Assembly: GCA_965261735.1 (NCBI GenBank)
Contig: OZ253470.1
Location: forward strand, 3,392,001 to 3,456,000
From: Alphaproteobacteria bacterium
GTDB taxonomy: Bacteria; Pseudomonadota; Alphaproteobacteria; SHVV01
Reading direction: 5' to 3'
DNA: 64,000 bases
The notes under the pieces were generated by a model that had not been told where the DNA came from, ran no database searches, and worked only from the letters and a program-made list of their open reading frames with translations. Below are positions 25,301 through 33,013 of this stretch, piece by piece (position 1 is the first letter of the stretch; each line of letters begins with the position of its first letter). Position numbers and translations under genes: made by a program.

Positions 25301-25810
25301 GAGGAGATACATGTCCAAGGCGGGCGAGAGCGTGGCTCGATACTGCACAAATTGATGGAAGAGGTGCTCACCGGAGAAACAGCGGGAGATACGGGACCGG
25401 TGCAGGTGCGGGCCGCTGAGCTTATCTCCCAACTCGGACTCGAGGATTCGCAAAATGCGTCGGAAGGACTGTCCAGCGATGAGATGGCAACCACGGTCAT
25501 GCGTACGCTGCAACTCCCCGAGATTCAGGCCCTGCGTCCACGGCTGGTTCCTGAGTTCCGGGTTTATGCGAGCGCCATCGAAGGCTGCGAAGAGACACTC
25601 ACGGCAGGCATTGCCGACGCAGTTGCCATCAATGAAGAAGGCCGCATTGACGTGGTCGTGGACTGGAAGAGTGACGTGAACGCCGGGGCCGGACAGATCG
25701 CAATGTATCAAAATCAGGTTCGCGACTACCTCCGATCAACCGCCGCGCAAACCGGACTCATCGTGTTTCTGGGTTCGGGTCGAATCGATAAGGTCGTGAT
25801 CGAAGATTGA
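22373..25810 (+). CDS. AddA-like UvrD (SF1A) helicase with C-terminal nuclease
   Basis: AGAGSGKT, VDEFQDT, VGDPKQAIYRFRGAD, MHSAKGLEW, YVALTRARD, GIADAV...DWKSD. Confidence 0.9.
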   Translation: MAIDRMAARVSDAAARVAALTAHERSLLVEAGAGSGKTALMAGRVALLIGAGTDPKNIAAITFTEAAAAELLERIESIVRDLLSGQVPVELVEALPSGLTGAQQANLLNGAAALDEITCTTIHGFCQQLIRPYSVETSLDPGAAIIDPAAAELAYQDLMEAWLSARFGRDRGAQGLGRVPPIKDAGDGEDFFAELLLMAPDETLELIGRTAQFLKVHRTAQPAGTGIDQADFGRFADAIDAFASWYDSCGVAEQDTAVLIENLGPIANMAREAAMQPLTGRRIANMLFHHPPSACKKGEREFKQWRAKTRWKNAVKTVGGSAAQGEQLNAAGEARYSACAEAYGALCDNLGALAFQRFVDEFEALRDLYLDYKRNAAFLDFDDLLHQARDLLRNNETVRQELADLYSRILVDEFQDTDPVQVEIIWRLAGEGDPEAPWHEHALRPGALFLVGDPKQAIYRFRGADVQTYLVAKRALSNRDPSSVLEISANFRTREPILKYVNEHFEGMLDEAKGQPGFTALSATRSAGDEPSVAAFDIALDERHKNAKGRLLVARIRREEAALVADTARRLIGVYPVWDKHERKFRPARAGDIALLAPTGTSLWIYEQALERREIPIATQAGKGFFRRQEVQDLIAIARAIADSRDTLAFGALIRGPLVGLTEEQIADEIEALHARVEGSGRLNLWTDPGLISSALLRQTLAVLQNLARKARRTTPHHLLAEAVEELHVRSILKARHPRGAERALANVELVLEMARAYAGRGIGDFARALWRSWNNGDAQAEGRPDAEADAVSIITMHSAKGLEWPIVIPINSTSTPWSDTNFLYRRQDDSVHFKIFGFPSPGHETVQQEENAELRRERVRLWYVALTRARDLLLLPRQSERIEGDWFSLIGIDVETLPLFSDARFGGAPAADVDAGANAQDAATWEREAAAIAANQRRITWHQPSRHEDPAESAREPEAVFANADAILEAIAAEAEEIHVQGGRERGSILHKLMEEVLTGETAGDTGPVQVRAAELISQLGLEDSQNASEGLSSDEMATTVMRTLQLPEIQALRPRLVPEFRVYASAIEGCEETLTAGIADAVAINEEGRIDVVVDWKSDVNAGAGQIAMYQNQVRDYLRSTAAQTGLIVFLGSGRIDKVVIED

Positions 25811-25928
25811 TAGCCCATTGGCGTGTCTTTGAGGGTGCGCTCAGGCCCCGTGTTCTGCTCAACGGCACCAGTGCCGGCTGAAGCCCGACGCAAAACCCCA
25901 TCCGCTGAACCCTAGCGATGCCCCACGT

Positions 25929-26054
25929 CTTCCGTAATGGGGCGGTTCCCGTCAAGCTTCAATTTTCAATAGACCATCGTCGCGAGACGACTTCCGTAAT
26001 GGGGCGGTTCCCGTCAAGCTTCAATTTTCAATAGACCATCGTCGCGAGACGACT
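25929..26054. repeat. Perfect 62-bp tandem duplication of the IS110 right end
   Basis: CTTCCGTAATGGGGCGG...CGCGAGACGA at 25929-25990 and 25991-26052, followed by a third CT. Confidence 0.95.
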
Positions 26055-26189
26055 GATCGTTCGCGAAGCCTCGGCGCCGGCAGCAGGTTGTTATCCCCAA
26101 GCGTGGTGCGGGAGCGTCCGGGGCCATCGCGGCTCCGGTTCAAGGTTGGGCGATTGCAACGCCTCCCTGGTCTTGAGAAGGAACCACGA

Positions 26190-26380
26190 TCCCGGATGTG
26201 TCCGTCGCCAGGCTCTCGCTTCCGTCCGTGGTCAGCGCGGCGGCTGCCAACTTCATGCCTGGTCCAAAACGATTCCCGAGTGCCAATCTGTGCAGCGTGC
26301 TCGAACGCGATAAGACGGTTCGGCAAACAAGGCCGGTTACGTGCATCATCGGGAACCGCGTCCCGGCGAGGGGACACCGG
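26190..26380 (-). ncRNA. Putative bridge RNA of IS110 element A (limits approximate)
   Basis: Contains ACGGAAG and GGCAT matching the circle junction ACGGA-AG-ATGCC, and CACGT complementary to the flank ACGTG. Confidence 0.55.
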
Positions 26381-26445
26381 TGGATCGCCCACCTTCAAGC
26401 GCGGCTCTTTCCTCCTTGCTGACTGCCGATGGGATGCAGCCGCGC

Positions 26446-27486
26446 CTATGCTGTCCGAAGCGCCATCGCGTCTTCGCGTGTGAACTGGAACTCGGTGCCA
26501 TCCCGCCACATCCGGTGAAGCACCACGCCGATACGCCGGGCCAGCGCAATGGTTGCGCGCTTCTTGCCGCGGAGCTTCGCCAGACGTAGCGCCCAGGCAT
26601 TCAGCCAGTTCGGCCCCGTGTGGTTCAGCATCACCGTGGCGGCCTGGTAGAGCGCGGTGCGCAGACCTGCATCGCCCGCCTTGGTGATCGCGCCGACAAT
26701 GTCCCGTTCGCCGGATTGATTCCGTCCCGGCGTCAGCCCCACCCATGGGCCGACATCCTTCGATCTCCGGAACCGCTCGGGATCGTCGATCGCGGACGTG
26801 TAGGTCAGGGCTATGACGTGGCCAACGCCGGGCATGGTCATCAAAAGGCGGCACACCCGGTCTTCCCTGGCCAGATTGCGGACCAGCTTCTCAAGGCCGG
26901 CCAGCTCGCGGCGCAGATCCGCCCGCGCGCGCAGGATCGGCTCGGCCGCGGCTTCCAGCATCGCGTTGCCTGCGATCAATTCCCGGACGCGGGCCTCGTA
27001 GCGGCCCTTAGAGACCCGGCCCAGCTTCAGGCCGAAGTTGCGCAAGACGCCACGCAGCGAGAGCTCCAGATCGGTGAGCACGTTTAGCACGGACTTGCGC
27101 GAGGACAGGAGCGCCCGTACCTCCTGCGACGACACCGATTTGCAGTGCACCGGCCGGAACCAGCCCATCTGCAGCAGCCGCGCGATGCCTTCGGCATCCC
27201 GGCGATCGGTCTTGATCGGCATCCCCTTCAGCGCGGCCTTCACCTGCCGGGTCTCCATCAGCACGGCTTCGAAGCCGGAATCGGTCAACCCCTTGTGCAG
27301 CCATTGAGACAGGGGACCGGCTTCGAGGCCGATCGCGGCGATCCCGTGCGGCAGCTCGCGCATGAACGCAACCAGCGATTCGGGCGCGCTGGCGACCCGC
27401 GCCTCCGTCACGATCTTGCCCCTCTCGCCGAGAACGCAGATTGCCGTGCTTGCCAGCGATACATCCAGCCCGATAAAAACATCCAT
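26446..27486 (-). CDS. IS110-family recombinase A
   Basis: FIGLDVS, GLEAG, KTDRRDA, MPGVG, GLTPGRNQSG, ALARR. Confidence 0.93.
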   Translation of the reverse strand: MDVFIGLDVSLASTAICVLGERGKIVTEARVASAPESLVAFMRELPHGIAAIGLEAGPLSQWLHKGLTDSGFEAVLMETRQVKAALKGMPIKTDRRDAEGIARLLQMGWFRPVHCKSVSSQEVRALLSSRKSVLNVLTDLELSLRGVLRNFGLKLGRVSKGRYEARVRELIAGNAMLEAAAEPILRARADLRRELAGLEKLVRNLAREDRVCRLLMTMPGVGHVIALTYTSAIDDPERFRRSKDVGPWVGLTPGRNQSGERDIVGAITKAGDAGLRTALYQAATVMLNHTGPNWLNAWALRLAKLRGKKRATIALARRIGVVLHRMWRDGTEFQFTREDAMALRTA

Positions 27487-27544
27487 GTCGTTTGTATGGA
27501 CGCCTCCCGGGACGCAAGGACCGATTTGGGGATGAGGGTCAGGC

Positions 27545-27700
27545 AGATTGCAGCTTTGTATCCGGCCTTTCGATGCGGGGATTCTGCCCGCTGGCCCTGA
27601 TGGGATCTGCCGATCCGCGCCTCATTTACCCTGTGGGCTTCTCGCCCTCAACGACAATCCAGGCTTGGCGGATCGCGGTCTGACCTGCTCGCCATCACTC
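27545..27700 (-). ncRNA. Putative bridge/seek RNA of element B (limits approximate)
   Basis: 3' non-coding end holds TGTCGTT and AGGGTAA (target) and ATCCCAT and ATACAAA (donor). Confidence 0.7.
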
Positions 27701-27775
27701 CTTGTCGTGCCTTGCGCAACCTTTCAGCAACCACCTCCTGGTTCGGTTCGTCGTTCCTTCCGTCGTCAGCCGCGG

Positions 27776-28801
27776 CTATGCCGGTTGGCTGATGAAGTCC
27801 ACGCGGTACGCCCGGTCGTGGGCCAGCAAGGCCCAAATCGTGCGCGCCGTCTTGTTGGCCAGCGCGACCGTGACCACGTTGGGCGGTCGCCGCTCGGCGA
27901 GGCGCACCGCCCATTCGGGCGGCGCCTTGCTTGTGGTGAGCACGGCGCGGGCGCCGTGGATCAGGAGGGTCCGCAGATATCTGTCCCCTCGCTTGGAGAT
28001 GCCAAGCATGCGTACCCGACCTCCAGTGCCTTCGTGCCGCGGCACCAGGCCGAGCCAGGCGGCGAACTCGCGTCCTGACCTGAAGGCCGCGGGATCGCCC
28101 ATCGCGGCCACCACGGCCGTCGCCGTCAGCACTCCCACCCCCGGGATCTTCGCGACCCGCTGGCTGTCGGCATTGCCGCGGTGCCACAGCGCAATCCGCC
28201 GCTCGATCTCGCCGATCTCCTCGTCGAGGTGGCTGACCCGGGCCCATTGCTCGCGAAGTGTGTCGATCACCACCGCCGGCAGACGCTCAGAGATCCGTTC
28301 CAAGGCTTCGGCCATGCCACGGCGCATGCCGGCCCGGCCCCGCGGCATCACCTCGCCGTATTCGGTCAGAAGGCCGCGCAGCCCGTTGATCTGCGCGGTG
28401 CGGAACTTCACCAACTGCTGGCGCATCCGGTGCAGCGCCAGGATCGCCTGCTGCTCCTCGCTCTTCACGGCAACCGTCCGGACGCTCGGCATCTGCGCCG
28501 CCGTCCAGATCGCCCGCGCGTCGTGCGCGTCGTTCTTGTTGCCGGACACGAAGGGCCGAACCGCCTTCGCGGGCAACAGGCAGGGATCGTGGCCGAGCTC
28601 CCGAAGCCGGCGAGCCCAATGCTGCGAGCCGCCGCACGCCTCCATCGCGACCACGCACGGCACGCGGTTGGCGAAGTGCTCGAGGAACTTCGCCCGCGTC
28701 AGCTTCAGATCCACGATCTCGCCTGTCTCCATGTCGACCCAGTGCAGCTGGAACACCCGCTTCGCCGTATCCACCCCGACGACGGTTCTGCTAGTCTTCA
28801 T
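27776..28801 (-). CDS. IS110/IS1111-family recombinase B
   Basis: VGVDTAKRVFQLH, AMEACG, KNDAHDA, IPGVG, WLGLVP, ALANK; start taken at MKTSR after GGAGG. Confidence 0.93.
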   Translation of the reverse strand: MKTSRTVVGVDTAKRVFQLHWVDMETGEIVDLKLTRAKFLEHFANRVPCVVAMEACGGSQHWARRLRELGHDPCLLPAKAVRPFVSGNKNDAHDARAIWTAAQMPSVRTVAVKSEEQQAILALHRMRQQLVKFRTAQINGLRGLLTEYGEVMPRGRAGMRRGMAEALERISERLPAVVIDTLREQWARVSHLDEEIGEIERRIALWHRGNADSQRVAKIPGVGVLTATAVVAAMGDPAAFRSGREFAAWLGLVPRHEGTGGRVRMLGISKRGDRYLRTLLIHGARAVLTTSKAPPEWAVRLAERRPPNVVTVALANKTARTIWALLAHDRAYRVDFISQPA

Positions 28802-29187
28802 TTCGGACCCTCCGGTTTGCCTGTGAAGAGCTTGCTCTTCCCACTTGGCACTTTGATGCCGTCGGCCCGCGAGGGTCCACCTCAACCCTCCGGCCGACGA
28901 ACATCAGGGGGTGGGAGGCGTCCATCCCATTTGCCCTTCCCTGCAAAGGAGTTGGGGCGCGCCTTTCGGCAAGACCCCGTGAACACGCTACGCGTGTAAG
29001 GGCAACGACACCCGAATCTCCGCCATCGCTACAAGCTGAAACGTCGCCGGTGAGCGCTGAGCCCCATTGCGGCATCTGTTAACGGCGGAGGAATAATGCT
29101 CCACGCGAGGCGGCCGGGCGGTCCGGTCGCGGCGGCGCAAAATTGTGCCACTCATGGTCCCTTGGCGGTTGCGACGAGGGGCAGGAG

Positions 29188-29820
29188 ATGTACGGCGTGG
29201 AGCTCTATGCGGCGGTTCGACTGGCGGTTGTCGACGAGGGTCTGAGCCATCACGAGGCGGGCCGGCGGTTCGGCATCGACCGCCGGACGGTGAAGAAGAT
29301 GCTGAGCTATTCGGCGCCGCCGGGATACCGCCGGACGAAGCCGGTCAGGCGGCCGAAGCTGGACGGGTTCACCGGCATCGTCGACGCGATCCTGGAGGCG
29401 GACACGGATCCGGACGTGCCGCGCAAGCAGCGTCACACGGCGCATCGGATCTTCGAGCGGCTACGGGACGAGCACGGGTTCACCGGCGGCTACACCATCG
29501 TGAAGGACTATGTGCGTTCCCGGCGGCAATCGACGCGCGAGGCCTTCGTGCCGCTGCATCACCCGCCGGGCCATGCCCAGGTCGACTTCGGCGAGGCGGT
29601 GGTGGAGGTCGGGGGCAGGCGGGAGAAGGTCGCCTTTTTCTGCCTGATCCTGCCCCATTCCAACCTCTGGTTCGTCAAGGCGTATCCCCGGGAGACGACG
29701 GAGGCCTTCCTGGACGGCCATGTCAGCGCCTTCGCCTTCCTCGGCGGGGTTCCGCGCTCGATCCTCTACGACAACACGACCCTGGCGGTGGCACGGATCC
29801 TGGGCGACGGCACGCGTCGC
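29188..29820 (+). pseudogene. istA: IstA transposase, N-terminal part only
   Basis: PRKQRHTAHRIFERLRDEHGFTGGY, AQVDFGE, GGVPRSILYDN; similarity stops after ILGDGTR. Confidence 0.85.
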
Positions 29821-29934
29821 CCCGCGCGCGGGTCCCTCCCATGGACTACGCGGACAAGCTACCACCGAGCCCGCGGTACATCTGTGGACGCCTCCGTTGA
29901 TGCAAGCCTTTCTTCGGACGGTTCGGCACATGCG

Positions 29935-30100
29935 GTCAGGTGCAGTCATCTGTCCGGCCTCATGATGCGGCTGGTTTGACGCCGCGGGCCTGTATGGAGA
30001 TGCGCGGACCGGGTCCAAGATCATTTTTGCGGGCTTGAAAGCTCCGTGTACCACGACTGGTTTTCCCGATCCCGTCTCGATTGACCGTTTGCCCTTACCT
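29935..30100 (-). ncRNA. Putative bridge/seek RNA of element C (limits approximate)
   Basis: CGCAAAAATG and GGTACA match the target; ACAGATG and CTCCAT match the donor junction. Confidence 0.75.
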
Positions 30101-30151
30101 GTCCTCCGACCTGCCCACATCCCCGACGGCTCTCCGCCTTTCGCCGTCCTC

Positions 30152-31174
30152 TCAGGCGGCGGCGGGAGCCCGGTAGCTCTCCTTCTTCGTTGTCAGCGCC
30201 CAGATGATGCGTGCCATCCGGTTGGCCAGCGCCACCGCGACCAGCATTCTCGGCTTGCGGGCCAGCATCCTGGCCAGCCAGGGGTCGTTCGTCGCGCCAC
30301 GCCGAGCCGCCCAGCTGACCACAGCCATGGCGCCCGTGATCAACAGCCGCCGCAGATCGCGTTGGCCCATCTTCGATATCCTGCCAAGCCTTGGCTTGCC
30401 GCCGGTCGTGTGCTGTCGCGGCACGAGCCCGAGCCAGGCCGCGAAGTCGCGGCCGCGTCGGAAGCTCTCCATCGGCGGTGCGAAGGCCTGGATTGCCATT
30501 GCGGTGATCGGCCCAATGCCGGGGATCGTCATGAGCCGTGCCGCCTCTTCGTCCTGACACGCGCGGGCGCGGAGCTCCCTCCTCAATCCGTCGATCTTCG
30601 CATCGAGGTCCTCGATCCGATCGAGCAGAAGGGCGCCCAGCTCACGGACCGATCCTGGCAGCCCTGAACCTGGACCCTGGAGGGCCGATGCCAGCCGATC
30701 GACATGAGCCGGTCCCTGCGGCGCGACAACGCCAAACTCCGCCAGGTGGCCCCGCAACGCGTTGATCGTCTGCGTGCGCTGGCGCACCAGAAGGTCGCGC
30801 GTGTGGAACAGCATTCCCCTGGCCTGCTGTTCTTTCGTCTTCACCGCCACGAAGCGCATCGTCGGGCGCTGCGCCGCCTCGCAGATCGCCTCTGCATCCG
30901 CCATGTCGTTCTTATGCCGCTTCACGAACGGCTTGACGTAGACCGGCGGGAGCAACCTCACCTCGTGGCCGAGCTCTCCGATCTCGCGGCCCCATTGGTG
31001 AGCGCCCGCGCAAGCCTCCATCGCGACCACGCAGCGCGGCTGAGAAGCGAGAAAGTCCAGCAATCTCTCCCGGCTCAGCTTCCTGCGGAACACGACAGAG
31101 CCGTCCGCCCCAGCACCATGAAGCTGAAAGCTGCGCTTCGCCAAATCAATCCCGACGATGGTAACCTGTTCCAC
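30152..31174 (-). CDS. IS110/IS1111-family recombinase C
   Basis: VGIDLAKRSFQLHG, AMEAC, KNDMADAEAI, IPGIG, WLGLVP, ALANR. Confidence 0.93.
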   Translation of the reverse strand: MEQVTIVGIDLAKRSFQLHGAGADGSVVFRRKLSRERLLDFLASQPRCVVAMEACAGAHQWGREIGELGHEVRLLPPVYVKPFVKRHKNDMADAEAICEAAQRPTMRFVAVKTKEQQARGMLFHTRDLLVRQRTQTINALRGHLAEFGVVAPQGPAHVDRLASALQGPGSGLPGSVRELGALLLDRIEDLDAKIDGLRRELRARACQDEEAARLMTIPGIGPITAMAIQAFAPPMESFRRGRDFAAWLGLVPRQHTTGGKPRLGRISKMGQRDLRRLLITGAMAVVSWAARRGATNDPWLARMLARKPRMLVAVALANRMARIIWALTTKKESYRAPAAA

Positions 31175-31302
31175 GGATGCCTCCTCCTTCAGGGGGTCGA
31201 ACTACAACACCACCTTGGCACATGCAGATGCCGTCGGGAGGAGGCGTCCACTCCATCATTTTTGCGCCGCCGCCCCGGTACATATTCCCGCCGCCGTTGA
31301 CA

Positions 31303-31655
31303 GCAAGCCCGTAACCGCCAGGCACGATCGAACGATCCGCAGGATGCTGGCGGCTCTCCGCCACCTCGACCGGGGGGATCGAGTCGGCACTCGCGGCTTG
31401 CTGCTCGCCGTTGACCCGGCTACGGGAGTCACCACGGTCGACCTGTTGAAGGACGGCCGTTTCGACGAAGCCATCGGCCGCGTCGAGGGCGTCCGGGCGA
31501 CCGAGCGTCACCGTACCCCTCTCTCCCGGGCTGCTTGGGATGCGCGCCGGCCGCAAACGCCAGCGCTTCTTCTGGAGGCCGAGCAGGACCGGCCCGATAT
31601 GCCGGCCAAAGCCCGAGCCGTCCGTGCTAGGCGGACGGCCAGGACGGCGAGCTAA
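31303..31655 (+). pseudogene. 3' fragment of an unknown gene truncated by IS21
   Basis: Open frame with no start outside the IS; ends 5 nt before the next ATG. Confidence 0.35.
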
Positions 31656-31660
31656 CCTTC

Positions 31661-32074
31661 ATGTCCTTGACGGAAGAGGACGAGCAAGCGATCGACCAGG
31701 CTCTCCAGGTCTGGCGCCAGGGAGATGTCTCCCTGGACGCCGGCCTGGAGTTTCTTCATTTCGCCGATCTTTCGCGTCCGCATAGCCCTGCTTCCGTCCA
31801 GGTGGCCGACGCGGTCGCGAACGATGGCGCGGCCATCGAGGCCGGCGCCACGCCCGTGCTGGACGAGGTGCGTGGCGTGGTGATGCTCACCCAGACCTGT
31901 GATGTCGTTCGGGGCTGCCGCGCCCGGCCATTCCTCGAGATCGCGCCCCTGATCGAGGTGCCCGAGCCGTGGGTCGAAGAAATCCGCCGCCTTAAGCGAC
32001 CAGCCTTCGCCTCGAACTGCCGTTGGCGCTGGCCCGCGTGCGCGATCTCCCGCTCGCCCTCGACGGCAAGCTAG
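31661..32074 (+). pseudogene. Probably truncated protein with WRQGDV and LTQTCD motifs (possible PemK-like fold)
   Basis: Motifs only; the tail after about 32010 looks out of frame. Confidence 0.35.
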
Positions 32075-32229
32075 CCGGCAGGACGCACCGCCTCTTTGCC
32101 ATCGACCTCTACGGCGCCTGCCTGGTCTTGTGGAGCTCTATCGGTGGTTCGCAGTCGTATCTCCCGCTATCGGGCGGATGCGATCATCGGCTTTGTGCGT
32201 TTGGGTGTAAATTGCCCAGCCCGCCGCCT

Positions 32230-32922
32230 TCACATGCGCCTCAAGGTCCAGAGGACCTTTCCGACGATGTGGGCGTCCTGGGCGAGGCATGTGTAGGGTT
32301 CGTACGTGGGGTTGGCGGAGATCAGCCTGAGCTGGGGCGGCTCGGCGTTGGGCAGGACCTCGACCCGCTTGACCACGAGGCCGGTGCCGTCCCACAGCAC
32401 CGCCGTCTCGCCGGTGCCGGGGGCGCGGCGGGTCACGTCGACCAGCAGCCGGTCGCCGTCTGAGACCAGGGGCTCCATCGAATCGCCCCGCGCGCGCAGG
32501 ACGCGGAGATTGCCGGGTTCGGCGTCGCCCTCGTGACGGATCATGCCCTCGGGCAGGTACCAGCGCGCTTTCTCGGCGGCGAACTCCTCGCCTGCAGCCC
32601 CCGCCCCGGCGGCGGCCTCGACCGCCATTTCGGGGATGGCGGCAAGCGGCGCGCCGGGAAGAGCGGCCAGCGGGGTGCGCCGCCTGCGCTTCTGCGGCTT
32701 TCGCCTCGGCGCCTCGGCAGGGCGCAGCTCGCCCGCATCGCAGCCTAGCAGCCCGGCAAGCTTTTCGCTGTCGCCATAGTTCAGCGTTGCCGGGGTGCCG
32801 CGCTCCAGGAACTGGTGCATGTAGCTCGGACTGCGGCCGATGGCATCGGAGGCCTCCTTCATGGTGAGGCCGCGCTTCCAGAGCAGATCCTTGATTTTTT
32901 GTCGTAGCGGGTCGCGTTCCAT
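32230..32922 (-). CDS. CI/LexA-like repressor (HTH plus S24 peptidase)
   Basis: N-terminal HTH, AAAGAG cleavage region, RGDSMEP (Ser) and VVKRV (Lys). Confidence 0.9.
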   Translation of the reverse strand: MERDPLRQKIKDLLWKRGLTMKEASDAIGRSPSYMHQFLERGTPATLNYGDSEKLAGLLGCDAGELRPAEAPRRKPQKRRRRTPLAALPGAPLAAIPEMAVEAAAGAGAAGEEFAAEKARWYLPEGMIRHEGDAEPGNLRVLRARGDSMEPLVSDGDRLLVDVTRRAPGTGETAVLWDGTGLVVKRVEVLPNAEPPQLRLISANPTYEPYTCLAQDAHIVGKVLWTLRRM

Positions 32923-32954
32923 CGTAGCCCCTCGCGCGTTTGGCGTTGATATCT

Positions 32955-33006
32955 AGTGTAATCAATACTGAAACATATTGTCAAGCCCGGATGTTCCTCA
33001 TACGTT
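32955..33006. promoter_or_regulatory. Overlapping divergent promoters of the CI/Cro-like switch
   Basis: Plus strand TTGTCA-17-TACGTT (32978-33006); minus strand TTGACA-18-TACACT (32984-32955); AT-rich patch. Confidence 0.6.
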
Positions 33007-33013
33007 CCCGAGC

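Larger units (their letters stand above)
27491..28932 (-). mobile_element. IS1111-group element B nested in the 5' end of element A
   Basis: Subterminal inverted repeat ATGGACGCCTCCC at both ends; duplicated TT core; excision restores AAGGGCAACGAC-ATG. Confidence 0.88.
25929..29077 (-). mobile_element. IS110-family element A, interrupted by element B
   Basis: CT core at both ends; subterminal inverted repeats CCGTAATGGGGC / GCCCCATTGCGG; long 3' non-coding end. Confidence 0.75.
29879..31258 (-). mobile_element. IS1111-group element C
   Basis: Subterminal inverted repeat GTGGACGCCTCC; duplicated CA core; excision restores GGTACATTTTTGCGCCGCC. Confidence 0.88.
29077..31302 (+). mobile_element. 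Internally deleted IS21-family element carrying IS1111 element C in its right end
   Basis: Ends TGTTAACGGCGG...CCGCCGTTGACA; istA truncated; istB absent. Confidence 0.8.

Noticed and set aside
17565-25810. Calling OLD plus UvrD a canonical Gabija system
   Set aside because: The helicase is a large AddA-like helicase-nuclease separated from OLD by an AddB-like gene, unlike the compact adjacent GajB
25929-26054. Tandem repeat as a CRISPR array
   Set aside because: Two contiguous units, no spacers, no cas genes; it is an IS end
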